Below are positions 12,703 to 27,932 of a stretch of DNA of 64,000 nt, piece by piece. The notes beneath the pieces were generated by a model that worked only from the letters and a program-made list of their open reading frames with translations, was not told the origin of the DNA and did no database searches. This DNA is from Antedon mediterranea. Taxonomy: Eukaryota; Animalia; Echinodermata. Both the position numbers and the translations under genes were made by a program. Where the stretch lies: the NCBI RefSeq assembly GCF_964355755.1, contig NC_092677.1:146101-210100 (forward strand), given 5' to 3'. The number at the start of each line of letters is the position of its first letter. Within the stretch, counting starts at the first letter, position 1.

Positions 12703-14587
12703 CTTGAACAGCGTCTATCTGTACTGTATATAGAGTGAAATGCAATCTGCTAAAACCGACAACAAACCAAATTTTCAGTTGAAAAAGATCGGATGAGAAA
12801 TTTAGGCCACGTACACATGGACCAACACAGTGTAAGTACAGCGGCTCATTTTAGAGTGATAAATAATGCATAAATTCATCCGCGATATCGCTTTTCAAAA
12901 TTAAATGTTGAGTTTTATTCATCTAATTTATAATAGATACATTGCTAGCTGTACTTATTTTTTACTTGTTAAACATCTTCCATATTTTATCACAATCTGA
13001 ATTATAATAATTGTTTAAAATTGCAGGATGTATTCGCACTATTTTATATAATGTATTAATCTCGTATAAAAACTACACTACTTTGCTAGCTAGGCGTTCC
13101 ATAGTCAGGGGGGGGGGGGGGGGGAGTGGTTGTGGTAGAGGAAGTGGAAGGAACGAAAGATGACTATAGTATCTTTTTGAAGAAAAAATATATTTATCTC
13201 CATAATCCATATTGGCATATGTAGAAAAAAAAATAGAATTCATAATATAGATGAGACTAATAAAATAACTTTCCGGTAAAATCCTTACTTTTTTCTACAG
13301 AGACTTCGTCAATAGGCCTACCCTTTTAATTAAAAAAGGTCTAATATTAATATTTTAAACATAATATTAATTAATGTCTTTTATAGCATATATCCTAGGT
13401 CTTCCTACTTGTACTGTGTATTTTTTTCCTATTACGACATTTTACTAATGTAATTTAGAAGATGTATATAATTGTTCTCAAAACCATTAAAAAACCATTA
13501 ATAAGAATTCTTCAATTCAACGAATAAGATGGTAATCAATTGATTCGGAGGAAATGTATGGCACCCTCTAAGAACTTGTGCAATGTTATTTTTACCAACA
13601 TTACTCTCTCCATCTCATCTCCATAGTTAGTTGGGGCTGAGGTGGAATTTCAGATAATAAAATAGCTCGACCGCTAGTTACAGTAGCAGTAATTTGTCCA
13701 GTCTGGCGTGTCATACTTCAGTTAGGTTACCTACCTACGTTTCGGGCATGTATTTCAGGTATAGTATGTAGTTGTTTTTTGATAACAGAGAGCTATCACT
13801 TATGCCATCCTCGTATATAATTAATTTCGTACGGAAATACATTTAATTGATAATATCATTAGGTAGAGTATCCTTCTTACAATTAATTATCAGTAATATA
13901 TATAACTTTTTAAATTTTAGGGATATATTTTAAAATAACTATAAATAGATATATAATTACACAAACTCAAGATGTTCTTTTCTGCCTGAAACCTAGGCCC
14001 ACCCTAGGCCTCCTCCTCTGTGCTCTCACTTCGTTCGTTTTGCTACCTGATCCGTGCAGGCCTAGGCCTAGGCTAGACTGGATATTATGATTGCAAGCCA
14101 AAAAGGTAGATTTAGAAGCATATTTTATTGATTACCCATCATCAGTGTCACCCTTAACAGATAGTTAAGCTATATTTGTAGATCATATAGCTTATTTCAG
14201 ACAATATTTTAGCCTCCAAAAAGGGCAGATTAGGCCTAGCCTCTATCTAGGCCTAGCCTATTATAACCTATAGGCCTAGCTAGAAAGAGGCTAGGCCTAG
14301 GCTAGCTAGGGCCTAGGCCTAGTTAGGCTAGCATCTCGCTACTCTAGCTAGTAGTTTAGGCCTAGGTAGGCCTAGTACTACTAGGCCTATAGCCTCTAGC
14401 TGGCCTACTAGTACTAGGGCTAGCCTAGTCTTGCTAGGCCTAGAAAGAAGTAGTAGGCCTAGCTAGGCTACTACGGATCCGCTACTACTACTAGCTAGGC
14501 TAGGCTACTAGGCCCACCTGGTTAGGGATCCCCTGGTTAGGCCCTACTAGGGAACTGGTAGGCTAGCTAGCTAGGCCTACTTACTAG

Positions 14588-15412
14588 GGGATATGACCGG
14601 TTGGGCCGCCGACAAGTTGAGCCGCCGGTGATTTCTATGAAACGCCCAGTGCATGCGTCTTTTACGACATTTCGCATAGTGATTAGGATGGTGTCCTAGT
14701 ACATAAGTTCATGGTCTTGGTTTATTGTGTCATGAAAATAAATAATATATAATTACATAGGCCTATCACAATTAACACAGCAAAGGAAAGTAGTAATATT
14801 TAATAATTTAATTGTTTTTAATCTTTCGAGGAAAAAATTCAGTGCACTCATAATTTTTCTCGCGTGTAGTAGGCCTACCAAGTACTAATTAATAGAGTAT
14901 TAACACTTTTCGAATGAGGTTAAATAAATATTATTTTTTATTTACTAATCTTTTAATATCATATTTTATTGAATTTTAAAATGTTAATACACAAAATATT
15001 TTACTAAAAAGCGTGATTTTATGTAATTATTTTACCGAAAAATGGAGTAGGCCTAGGCCTAGGGTAGTTCATACAACTGCCGACTGAGTGAGGGGCAACA
15101 TGTTTACGTCATTTTTGGCTAAAAACGATCACTTTCGGTGATGTTTTATATTTTGGAATCTACAAGCCAGATTTTCATAATTATTTCTTTAATTATAATA
15201 TTTAATAATATATATACTAAAAACCATGATATATAAACGTTTGAAGGTACATCGTTATCCCATGGAGAAATAACTAACTTATTTCTCCATCATGGTTATC
15301 CCTAACATAAATTGAAAGAGCACCGGCGAAAGTTAGCATTTGGCGTTCCATAGAAAATAACGTTTTTCTGGCGGCGGCTCAACTTGTCGGCGGCTCAACT
15401 TGGCCTAATCCC
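14588..15412. mobile_element. Non-autonomous TIR DNA transposon, about 825 bp
   Basis: Imperfect TIR GGGAT..GTTG(G/A)GCCGCCGACAAGTTGAGCCGCC at both ends. Direct repeat TTACTAG at 14581-14587 and 15413-15419 (7-8 bp TSD). Confidence 0.8.
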
Positions 15413-16059
15413 TTACTAGCTAATAAATAAGTCTAGGCCTAGGCTGCCTAACTAGCTAGCTCTATGTATTCTAGTTAGGGCCTAGACTAGTTTATTAGGC
15501 CTTTGTTTAGGCTGATTAGGCCTGCCTAGTCCTAGTTAAATAAATAGGCATATAACCAGGCTCAGTCTAAACACTCTAGGCCTATATGAGACCTGTGCTA
15601 TTAATTATAGGACTAGACCTAGGGCCTTGCTAGCTAGCCAGCAGAATGGTCTAGAGAGGCATAAGCCTAGCTAGGGATAGGCTGGGGAGTCATAGACAGC
15701 CTATCTATATAAAATATTATTATTTCATTGCTAATGCCAAGGTATTATTTAGGCCTGTTTATTTTCAGGTTGAAAGCAATGGATAAAGAGAGATTCAATT
15801 CTACAACAAAAGAGACAAAAGTCAAACTCAAACTGATAATTAACAATGTTTCCAGTTAATTAATGTTAATTATTTTAATAGATTGTAGTGACCCTAACTA
15901 CCTTACTGTTTGTGTATGGCTGTAATATTATATTAAATGTCATCACAATTAGTAAGGTTGTGAGGCTTCACAATTTCAAACAACTTTTCTTGTGTCTCTT
16001 CTTCATGTGGATGGATTAAAAAATACTGTGAGTATTGTACACTCTTTATATGAATATAT

Positions 16060-17740
16060 CATCAATCACAATATCAAATATGATCAGTGTAGTCAAAATT
16101 TGATAACTTAGCATGAATCTTTTAATATCTACATCATCAATAATTAATATTAATATAAATCTACATCACAATGTTGGATATGATCTTTGTAGTCAAAATT
16201 TGATAACTGAGCACGCATCTTTTAATAACTACCTTATCAATAACTATTAATAATGTCCTATATCACAATGTAGGATATGATCAGTGTTAGTCATAATTTG
16301 ATAACTGAGCACGCATCTTTTAATATCTACCTCATCAATAATTAATATTAATATCATATATCACATTGTTGGATATGATCAGTGAAGTCAGAATTTGATA
16401 ACTGAGCACGCATCTTTTAATATATACCTTATCAATGACTATTAATAATATCCTATATCACAATGTTGGATATGATTAGTGATTAGATAAATGAGCACGC
16501 ATCTTTCAATATCTATTTCATCAATAATTATTATTAATAATTTATATCACATTGCTGGATATGATCAGTGTAGTCATAATTTGATAACTGAGCACGCATC
16601 TTTCAATATCTATTTCATCAATAATTATTTGTATTTTGTATTTGTATTTTTGTATTTGTATTATAATAATTATTATTAATAATTTATATCACATTGTTCG
16701 ATATGATCAGTGTGGTCATAATTTGATAACTGAGCACGCATCTTTCAATATCTATTTCATCAATAATTATTATTAATAATTTATATCACATTGCTGGATA
16801 TGATCAGTGTAGTCATAATTTGATAACTGAGCATACATCTTTAAAAATCTACCTCATTAATAATTAATATTAATAATCTATATCACACTGTTGGGTATGA
16901 TCTGTTTAGTTTTTTAATATCTACCTTATCAATAACTATTAATAATATCCTATATCACAATGTTGGATATGATCAGTGTAGTCATAGTTTGATAACTGTG
17001 AGCATACATATTTTAATATCTACCTCATCAATAATTATTATTAATAATCTATATCACAATGTTGGATATGATTAGTGTAGTCATAATTTGATAACTGAGC
17101 ACGCATCTTTCAATATCTATTTCATCAATAATTATTATTAATAATTTATATCACATTGTTGGATATGATCAGTGTAGTCATAATTTGATAACTGAGCAAA
17201 AATCTTTTAATATCTACCTCATCAATAATTAATATTAATAATCTATATCACATTGTTCGATATGATCAGTGTAGTCATAATTTGATAACTGAGCACGCAT
17301 CTTTCAATATCTACCTCATCAATAATTAATATTAATATCATATATCACATTGTTCGATATGATCAGTGTAGTCATAATTTGATAACTGAGCACGCATCTT
17401 TTAAAATCTACCTCATCAATAATTAATATTAATAATCATATCGCATTGTTCAATATGATCAGTGTAGTCATAAATTGATAACTGAGCAAAAATCTTTTAA
17501 TATCTGCATCATCAATTAATATTAATAATCTATATCAAACTGTTGGATATGATCTGTTTAGTTTTTTAATATCTACCTTTTCCAAAATAATATTCTATAT
17601 CACAATGTTGGATATGATCAGTGTAATCATAGTTTGAACTACCTCAACAATAATTAATATTAATTGTCTATATACCAATATCAAATATCAGTGTAGGCCT
17701 AGTCATTTGATAACTGAGCATGCATCATTTTATATCTGCT
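16060..17740. repeat. 97-bp satellite, left arm, about 17 diverged copies
   Basis: Unit TATATCACATTGTTGGATATGATCAGTGTAGTCATAATTTGATAACTGAGCACGCATCTTTTAATATCTACC...; it is the reverse complement of the 20.0-25.5 kb array. Confidence 0.92.
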
Positions 17741-17769
17741 TCAAATATTAATATTGTCCTAATATAATA

Positions 17770-19290
17770 AGTGGTTTGAAGGATTTTTGCAGATGGCCTT
17801 TTTTGCATTGTAAAGTTTACACTTTAAAATCTGTCAATTTATCCAAAAAGGTCAAACTTTGACCTATTTCAATAAAATCATTTCATAAGTTGTCTTCTTT
17901 TATAGTTTTAGTGATAATCAATATTAAGTGGTTTTTTACCCCAAAAAAGTCAAACCTAGAGCTATTTTAATAAAATTATTTCATAAATTGTCTTCTTTTA
18001 TAGTTCTAGTAGTGATATAATCAATATTAAGTGGTTTGGATGATGTTTGTGGGGTGTTTTTTAAAAGTTTGCACAGTTTACATGGTAAAATGTGTCAATT
18101 TATTCCTAGAGCTATTTCAATAAAATTATTTCATAATCACCCCAAAAATGTCAAACCTAGAACTATTTTAATAAAATTATTTCATAAATTGTCTTCTTTT
18201 ATAGTTCTAGTAGTGGTATAATCAGTATTCAATTGTTTGAATGATGTTTGTGGGGTATTTTTTAAAGTTTGCATTAAGTTTACGCAGTTTACATGGTAAA
18301 ATCTATCAATTATCCAAAATTGACATTTTTCACCCTAAAAAATCAAACCTAGAGCTATTTCAATAAAATGATTTCATAAATTGTCCTCTTTTATAGTTTT
18401 AATAATGATATAATCAATATTAAGTGGTTTGAATGATGTTTGTGGGTGTTTTTTTAAAGTTTGCATTAAGTTTACGCAGTTGAAATGGTGAAATCTGTAA
18501 ATTTATCCAAAATTGGCATTTTCACCCTAAAAAATCAAACTTAGAGCTATTTCTATTAAATTATTTTATAAATTGTCCTCTTTTATAGTTCTTGTAGTGC
18601 TATAATCAGTATTAAGTGGTTTGAATAATGTTTGTGGGGTGTTTTTTTTAAGTTTGCATTAAGTTTACGCAGTTTACGTGGTAAAATCTGTAAATTTATC
18701 CAAAATTGACATTTTTTACCCAAAAAATTCAAACCTAGAGCTATTTCAATAAAATTATTTCATAAATTGTCCTCTTTTATAGTTCTTGTAGTGGTATAAT
18801 CAATATTAAGTGGTTTAGATGATGTTTGTGGGGTGTTTTTTTTAAAGTTTGCACAGTTCACATGGTAAAATCTGTCAATTTATCCAATATTGACGTTTTC
18901 ACTCCAAAAAAGTCAAACCTAGAGCTATTTCAATAACATTATTTCATAAATTGTCTTCTTTTATAGTTCTAGTAGTGCTATAATCAGTATTCAATTGTTT
19001 GAATGATGTTTGTGGGGTATTTTTTAAAGTTTGCATTAAGTTTACGAAGTTTAAATGGTAAAATCTGTCAATTTATCCAAAAATTGATATTTTTCACCCG
19101 AAAAAATCAAACCTAGAGCTATTTCAATAAAATGATTTCATAAATTGTCCTCTTTTATAGTTCTTGTAGTGGTATAATCAATATTAAGTTGTTTGGATGA
19201 TGTTTGTGGGTGTTTTTTTAAAGTTTGCATTACGTTTACGCAGTTTAAATGGTAAAATCTGTAAATTTATCCAAAATTGACATTTTAAAA
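17770..19290. repeat. About 190-bp tandem repeat, 7-8 copies
   Basis: AAACCTAGAGCTATTTCAATAAAA recurs at about 18346, 18537, 18731, 18916 and 19110. Confidence 0.88.
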
Positions 19291-19989
19291 CACGAACTAG
19301 GTTGTAAAAAGTGAAGGAAGTCATTATATTTTATTATTGTTTGGTCTACCCATAGTTATAGCAGGGTTATAGGTAATAAAGGATGCCTATCATAGTCAAA
19401 TGGCAATAACTGATTAGCCGAGACCAATGACATTTAAAACAACTCCTACTTAAAATTCCCTACTTATACAGTACAGCAGCTTTTTGATTGGCTGCAAGTT
19501 TAGTTTTCTGTTCGTTCATCAGAAATGGTATACATAATTATTAATCAATAAGATTACTGGATTTCTTTAGTATTTCTGACACATTTCCAATCTTAATTGA
19601 ATTATTAATGTAATGGAAATTGGTCATAGGCCTATTATAGCAACATATCATTTCTGGAAGAGTATTACGGTCTGTATAGATCGATGTTAAAACACACGTC
19701 CTCATTTATCAAATAATTCATTCACTGCACATTTATTCTGTTAAGAAGAACTGGGACCCTCAATAGAAGCCAAAGCATGTCTCATGATGGCCTCTACAAT
19801 ACATATCAAACATAAAAAGATATGGAATATTTTTATTTTTACAACGGCACACGTTCATCATAAACGATGCGTTCTTAAAAGTATAAATTTAAACAGCAAA
19901 CGGATACAAATCAATAGGGTGATTAGGAACAAAAGAATAACACATTTTCAAAACCCATCGACTCGATCTCTTGTATACAGTAAATCTAA

Positions 19990-22900
19990 CAAAATCACAC
20001 TGATCATATCCAACATTAAGTATTAATAATTATTATTGATTAGGTAGATAATAAAAGATGCGTTATATCAATTTATGAATACACAGATCATATCCAACAA
20101 TGTGATATAGATTATTAATAATAATTTTTGATGAGGTAGATATTTAAAGATGCGTGCTCAGTTATCAAATTATGACTACACTGATCATATCCAACAATGT
20201 GATATAAGACATTAATAATAATTATTGATGAAATAGATATTTAAAGATGCGTGCTCAGTTATCAAATGACGACTACACTGATCATATCCAACAATGTGAT
20301 ATATGATATTAATATGAATTATTGATGCGGTAGATATTGAAAGATGCGTGCTCAGTTATCAAATTCTGACTACACTGATCATATCCAACAATGTGATATA
20401 TGATATTAATATAAATTATTAATGAGGTAGATATTTAAAGATACGTGATCAGTTATCAAATTCTGACTACACTGATCATATCCAACAATGTGATATATGA
20501 TATTAATATAAATTATTAATGAGGTAGATATTGAAAGATACGTGATCAGTTATCAAATGACGACTACACTGATCATATCCAACAATGTGATATAGATTAT
20601 TAATATTAATTAATGATGTGGTAGATATTAAAAGATGCGTGCTCAGTTATCAAATTCTGAATATACTGATCATATCCAACAATGTGATATACGATATTAA
20701 TATAAATTATTAATGAGGTAGATATTGACAGATACGTGATCAGTTATCAAATGACGACTACACTGATCATATCCAACAATGTGATATATGATATTAATAT
20801 GAATTATTGATGCGGTAGATATTGAAAGACGCGTGCTCAGTTATCAAATTCTGACTACACAGATCATATCCAACAATGTGATATATGATATTAATATAAA
20901 TTATTATTGAGGTAGATATTAAAAAATACGTGCTCAGTTATCAAATTATGACTACACTGATCATATCCAACAATGTGATATATGATATTAATATTAATTA
21001 ATGATAAGGTAGATATTGAAAGATACGTGATCAGTTATCAAATGACGACTACACTGATCATATCCAACAATGTGATATATGATATTAATATAAATTATTG
21101 ATGACGTAGATATTAAAAGATGCGTGCTCAGTTATCAAATTCTGACTACACTGATCATATCCAACAATGTGATATATGATATTAATATAAATTATTAATG
21201 AGGTAGATATTAAAAGATGCGTGCTCAGTTATCAAATTCTGACTACACTGATCGTATCCAACAATGTGATATATGATATTAATATAAATTATTAATGAGG
21301 TAGATATTGAAAGATGCGTGCTCAGTTATCAAATTCTGACTACACTGATCATATCCAACAATGTGATATATGATATTAATATAAATTATTATTGAGGTAG
21401 ATATTAAAAGATACGTGCTCAGTTATCAAATTCTGACTACACTGATCATATCCAACAATGTGATATATGATATTAATATAAATTATTAATGAGGTAGATA
21501 TTAAAAGATACGTGATCAGTTATCAAATGACGACTACACTGATCATATCCAACAATGTGATATGATATTAATATGAATTATTGATGCGGTAGATATTGAA
21601 AGACGCGTGCTCAGTTATCAAATTCTGACTACAGAGATCATATTCAACAATGTGATATATGATATTAATATAAATTATTATTGAGGTAGATATTAAAAAA
21701 TACGTGCTCAGTTATCAAATTATGACTACACTGATCATATCCAACAATGTGATATATGATATTAATATTAATTAATGATGAGGTAGATATTGAAAGATAC
21801 GTGCTCAGTTATCAAATGACGACTACACTGATCATATCCAACAATGTGATATATGATATTAATATAAATTATTATTGAGGTAGATATTAAAAGATACGTG
21901 CTCAGTTATCAAATTCTGACTACACTGATCATATCCAACAATGTGATATATGATATTAATATAAATTATTAATGAGGTAGATATTAAAAGATACGTGCTC
22001 AGTTATCAAATTCTGACTACACTGATCATATCCAACAATGTGATATATGATATTAATATAAATTATTAATGAGGTAGATATTTAAAGATGCGTGCTCAGT
22101 TATCAAATTACGACTACACTGATCATATCCAACAATGTGATATATGATATTAATATAAATTATTAATGAGGTAGATATTTAAAGATGCGTGCTCAGTTAT
22201 CAAATTCTGACTACACTGATCATATCCAACAATGTGATATATGATATTAATATAAATTATTATTGAGGTAGATATTAAAAGATACGTGCTCAGTTATCAA
22301 ATTCTGACTACACTGATCATATCCAACAATGTGATATATGATATTAATATAAATTATTAATGAGGTAGATATTTAAAGATGCGTGCTCAGTTATCAAATT
22401 ACGACTACACTGATCATATCCAACAATGTGATATATGATATTAATATAAATTATTATTGAGGTAGATATTAAAAGATACGTGCTCAGTTATCAAATTCTG
22501 ACTACACTGATCATATCCAACAATGTGATATATGATATTAATATAAATTATTAATGAGGTAGATATTTAAAGATGCGTGCTCAGTTATCAAATTACGACT
22601 ACACTGATCATATCCAACAATGTGATATATGATATTAATATAAATTATTATTGAGGTAGATATTAAAAGATACGTGCTCAGTTATCAAATTCTGACTACA
22701 CTGATCATATCCAACAATGTGATATATGATATTAATATAAATTATTAATGAGGTAGATATTAAAAGATACGTGCTCAGTTATCAAATTCTGACTACACTG
22801 ATCATATCCAACAATGTGATATATGATATTAATATAAATTATTAATGAGGTAGATATTTAAAGATGCGTGCTCAGTTATCAAATGACGACTACACTGATC

Positions 22901-25530
22901 ATATCCAACAATGTGATATATGATATTAATATAAATTATTAATGAGGTAGATATTGAAAGACGCGTGCTCAGTTATCAAATTCTGACTACACTGATCATA
23001 TCCAACAATGTGATATATGATATTAATATAAATTATTATTGAGGTAGATATTAAAAGATACGTGCTCAGTTATCAAATTCTGACTACACTGATCATATCC
23101 AACAATGTGATATATGATATTAATATAAATTATTAATGAGGTAGATATTTAAAGATGCGTGCTCAGTTATCAAATTACGACTACACTGATCATATCCAAC
23201 AATGTGATATATGATATTAATATAAATTATTATTGAGGTAGATATTAAAAGATACGTGCTCAGTTATCAAATTCTGACTACACTGATCATATCCAACAAT
23301 GTGATATATGATATTAATATAAATTATTAATGAGGTAGATATTTAAAGATGCGTGCTCAGTTATCAAATTACGACTACACTGATCATATCCAACAATGTG
23401 ATATATGATATTAATATAAATTATTATTGAGGTAGTAGATATTGAAAGATGCGTGCTCAGTTATCAAATTAGGACTGCACTCATCATATTCAACAATGTG
23501 ATATAGGATATTAATAATAATTCTTAATGAGGTAGATATTGAAAGATACGTCCTCAGTCATCAAATTCTGACTACACCACGGATCATATCCAACAATGTG
23601 ATATATGATATTAATATAAATTATTAATGAGGTAGATATTGAAAGATGCGTGCTCAGTTATCAAATTCTGACTACACTGATCATATCCAACAATGTGATA
23701 TATGATATTAATATAAATTATTAATGAGGTAGATATTAACAGATACGTGATCAGTTATCAAATGACGACTACACTGATCATATCCAACAATGTGATATAT
23801 GATATTAATATAAATTATTAATGAGGTAGATATTGACAGATACGTGATCAGTTATCAAATGACGACTACACTGATCCTATCCAACAATGTGATATATGAT
23901 ATTAATATGAATTATTGATGCGGTAGATATTGAAAGATGCGTGCTCAGTTATCAAATTCTGACTACACTGATCATATCCAACAATGTGATATATGATATT
24001 AATATAAATTATTATTGAGGTAGATATTAAAAGATACGTGCTCAGTTATCAAATTATGACTACACTGATCATATCCAACAATGTGATATATGATATTAAT
24101 ATTAATTAATGATGTGGTAGATATTGAAAGATACGTGATCAGTTATCAAATTCTGACTACACTGATCATATCCAACAATGTGATATATGATATTAATATA
24201 AATTATTGATGACGTAGATATTAAAAGATGCGTGCTCAGTTATCAAATTCTGACTACACTGATCATATCCAACAATGTGATATATGATATTAATATAAAT
24301 TATTAATGAGGTAGATATTAAAAGATGCGTGCTCAGTTATCAAATTCTGACTACACTGATCATATCCAACAATGTGATATATGATATTAATATAAATTAT
24401 TAATGAGGTAGATATTGAAAGATGCGTGCTCAGTTATCAAATTCTGACTACACTGATCATATCCAACAATGTGATATATGATATTAATATAAATTATTAA
24501 TGAGGTAGATATTAAAAGATGCGTGCTCAGTTATCAAATTCTGACTACACTGATCATATCCAACAATGTGATATATGATATTAATATAAATTATTATTGA
24601 GGTAGATATTAAAAGATACGTGCTCAGTTATCAAATTCTGACTACACTGATCATATCCAACAATGTGATATATGATATTAATATAAATTATTAATGAGGT
24701 AGATATTTAAAGATGCGTGCTCAGTTATCAAATTACGACTACACTGATCATATCATCAACAATGTGATATATGATATTAATATAAATTATTAATGAGGTA
24801 GATATTTAAAGATGCGTGCTCAGTTATCAAATTACGACTACACTGATCATATCATCAACAATGTGATATATGATATTAATATAAATTATTAATGAGGTAG
24901 ATATTAAAAGATGCGTGCTCAGTTATCAAATTCTGACTACACTGATCATATCCAACAATGTGATATATGATATTAATATAAATTATTATTGAGGTAGATA
25001 TTAAAGGATACGTGCTCAGTTATCAAATTCTGACTACACTGATCATATCCAACAATGTGATATATGATATTAATATAAATTATTAATGAGGTAGATATTT
25101 AAAGATGCGTGCTCAGTTATCAAATTACGACTACACTGATCATATCCAACAATGTGATATAGATTATTTATATTAATTTTGATGCGGTAGATATTTAAAG
25201 ATGCGTGCTCAGTTATCAAATGACGACTACACTGATCATATCCAACAATGTGATATAGATTATTAATAATAATTATTGATGATGTAGATATTAAAAGATA
25301 CGTGCTCAGTTATCAAATTATGACTACACTGACCATATCCAACAATGTGATATATGATATTAATATTAAAATTGATGACGTAGATTCTAAAAGATGCGTG
25401 CTCAGTTATCAAATTATGACTACACTCATCATATGCAACAACGTGATATAAATTATTAATAATAATTATTGATGAGGTAGATGTGAGATGCGTGCTCAGT
25501 TATCAAATTGTAACTACACTGATCATAATA
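19990..25530. repeat. 97-bp satellite, right arm in inverted orientation, about 57 copies
   Basis: Unit GTGATATATGATATTAATATAAATTATTAATGAGGTAGATATTAAAAGATGCGTGCTCAGTTATCAAATTCTGACTACACTGATCATATCCAACAAT (97 bp), with a homogeneous centre. Confidence 0.96.
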
Positions 25531-25879
25531 CTGTACACATAGTCCTTATGCAATTAGACATTGATTTAGTAGTACTACATATCATTTGTTAAATTAAGAA
25601 TGTTGTTTCTGTGTTATTAAAAAACTTATTGAAATTTTTTAAAGTAAAAATATCAGTATTGATACCTATAAATTTGTATATCATAATAACATGCTTGATA
25701 TTATAATAATGTGTTTTTTATTACAACTAAGAAACAATTATGTACGAGGATTATACACACTGATAGCTCTCAGTTATCAAAAAACGACTACACAATATAG
25801 CTCTGTATTTTGTAGAGAAGGATCATCATATTTCCCCAACTTAAACCCTTTTCAATGTTCTCGCGGCGGCGGTAAAAAG

Positions 25880-27348
25880 ATGGCAATGCCAAGGAGGAGA
25901 CATGGAGGTTACTATATACCATTACCAAGGAGATATTCACCATGGCATACCTTTTTTGAAGAAGGTGATATACAATGCGCTTCCAGGTCAAAACAAGTGG
26001 GATTTGAAGTATACGTAGGTCTTACCAAAACAAGGTCAGTATAATACTATGAATTAAGAAAGGTGTGTGGCATCGACCCGCAAGTAATTTGGACTGCAAC
26101 TACCAATCACGAGACGTGATGGAAGAACCGAACTGGTTGTGATTGGTCAACTCACCGTGTTTGTGCCCCACACCCAACGTCAAGGAATTGACCAATCACA
26201 AGCGACATTTTTGACTTTCGCGATTGGTAAAATTTATACTTGCGGCGCACATACGTTCTTTCGTTGGGTCCAAGTGTGAACCAAACTCTACGTAATACAG
26301 TTATAATATTTGTTGTGTGTAGTCCTAAGTTAAATAATAATGAGTAAATATAGGCCCAGATACGCATTTTATATAATTGTTTTTGCCATGGGATAAAGTG
26401 TTATACCATAATAATTAAACTGTATATGGTGGTACAACTAAATCATCAATTACTGCATCTTCATTCATTAAATGTTTACTTTTTGTAGGAAAGCAGATTT
26501 CGTATGTCATATTACAGGATGCCATGCTGTCTTTACTAGCGTTAGTGACTTTGAGATGCATTATAATATTTCACATTGGAACGTCTGTAGTCAGTGCAAA
26601 CAATGGTTCCCTAGCAATCATTTACTTAATATTCATTTTCAAGAATGTCATGACTCGTTTTTTGACGTCATGAAACTGAAGGAAAAGATGGTAAGCGATT
26701 AAAATTACTAAAATGAACAAATAAACAAAATTTGTTGTCTAAAGTTTTTGTTGTTATACTGTAGATGCATTCTTCAATTTAGTTTCAGTGTTTGGTTGAA
26801 AGTTGTGATGATAGGTTTATGACTGCAGAAGATCGAACCCTTCACCTTATTCAAGTACACCATTATCCATCCAATTTTGAGTTTAGTAAACCTTCAGATA
26901 AGTGAGTAGTAAATCGTTTATCTCAATGATAGCTACCTGTAACTACTATATTAAATCACACCAAAACATTGTAAAATAGTTTTGTCAAAACTTCCAAAAA
27001 ACAATTTAGTGAAAATAAAAAAATTGCACTTCTCTTAGAAATTCAGGATCTACTGAAAGAAGTGAAATCAACCAACAAGATATCGTCAAGGCAAAAAAGT
27101 TAGTATGAATCTCTTCTGTCAACATACAACTACAGTACATTCTAATTTATGTATTAAATGTGTTTAATTCTACATACATTTACCTACATGACGCTAGTCT
27201 ACATATAGTACGAAAAAAAAAGAAGAGAACATATAACAGGAAAAATACAGTATAAATTAACCAACATCAAATTATTCATTTCAGATTTCCAAGAGAGATT
27301 TGTTTTGGACAAGACAGTGCAAAAAGTTTTTTTGATGAAACATATTAA
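25880..27348 (+). CDS. ZNF511: Zinc finger protein 511-like (C2H2), 5 coding exons
   Basis: Exons 25880-26034, 26489-26690, 26783-26901, 27039-27098 and 27285-27348 in frame. Peptides FFEEGDIQ, FVCHITGCHAVF..HY, CSQCKQWFPSNHLLNIHFQECHDSFF, FQCLVESC..HLIQVHHYP and ICFGQ. Confidence 0.88.
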
Positions 27349-27932
27349 TTTTTAAAGGCAAAAAATGGTTAAAAAGGAGAGAGAGTGAGTGATGGGAAAA
27401 ATGTACATATAGAACTATTTGCACCAAATGTACAATATTAGTGAGAAACTGTTGAATTCTTACTAAGAAATACACTGACAATTGTATACAAGTGAAACAA
27501 TTTAATGTGCTTAAAAGAATACTTTGTACAACTTTGTGAAGTGAGACAAAAAAACATAAATTATACGATTTGTCCCAAATGCACTGAACTATGCAAAATA
27601 AAATACATATTTTGAAGGAATTGGAAATGTATTTTCTTCGGTTACGGAATAATTATGACAACTAATTGTTCTTGATTCAAAACATTTACCTTTTTCAATA
27701 AAATGACTTAAAAAAAACAAGTAATTTTGATGGAACTGTACAATTTCAAAAAGACCAAATGACTAGAGTAAGTAACTACAGCATGTGCTTGTTGTAAATG
27801 GTAGGTAAGTCTATTAACATTAGAACATGCAATACAATGGCTTGCTGGCTAAACATTATTACACTGTATTGTATAGTTAATACCAGATCCGATTTAAGAT
27901 TGAGAAAACTAACAAAATGTATCACAAAGAAT

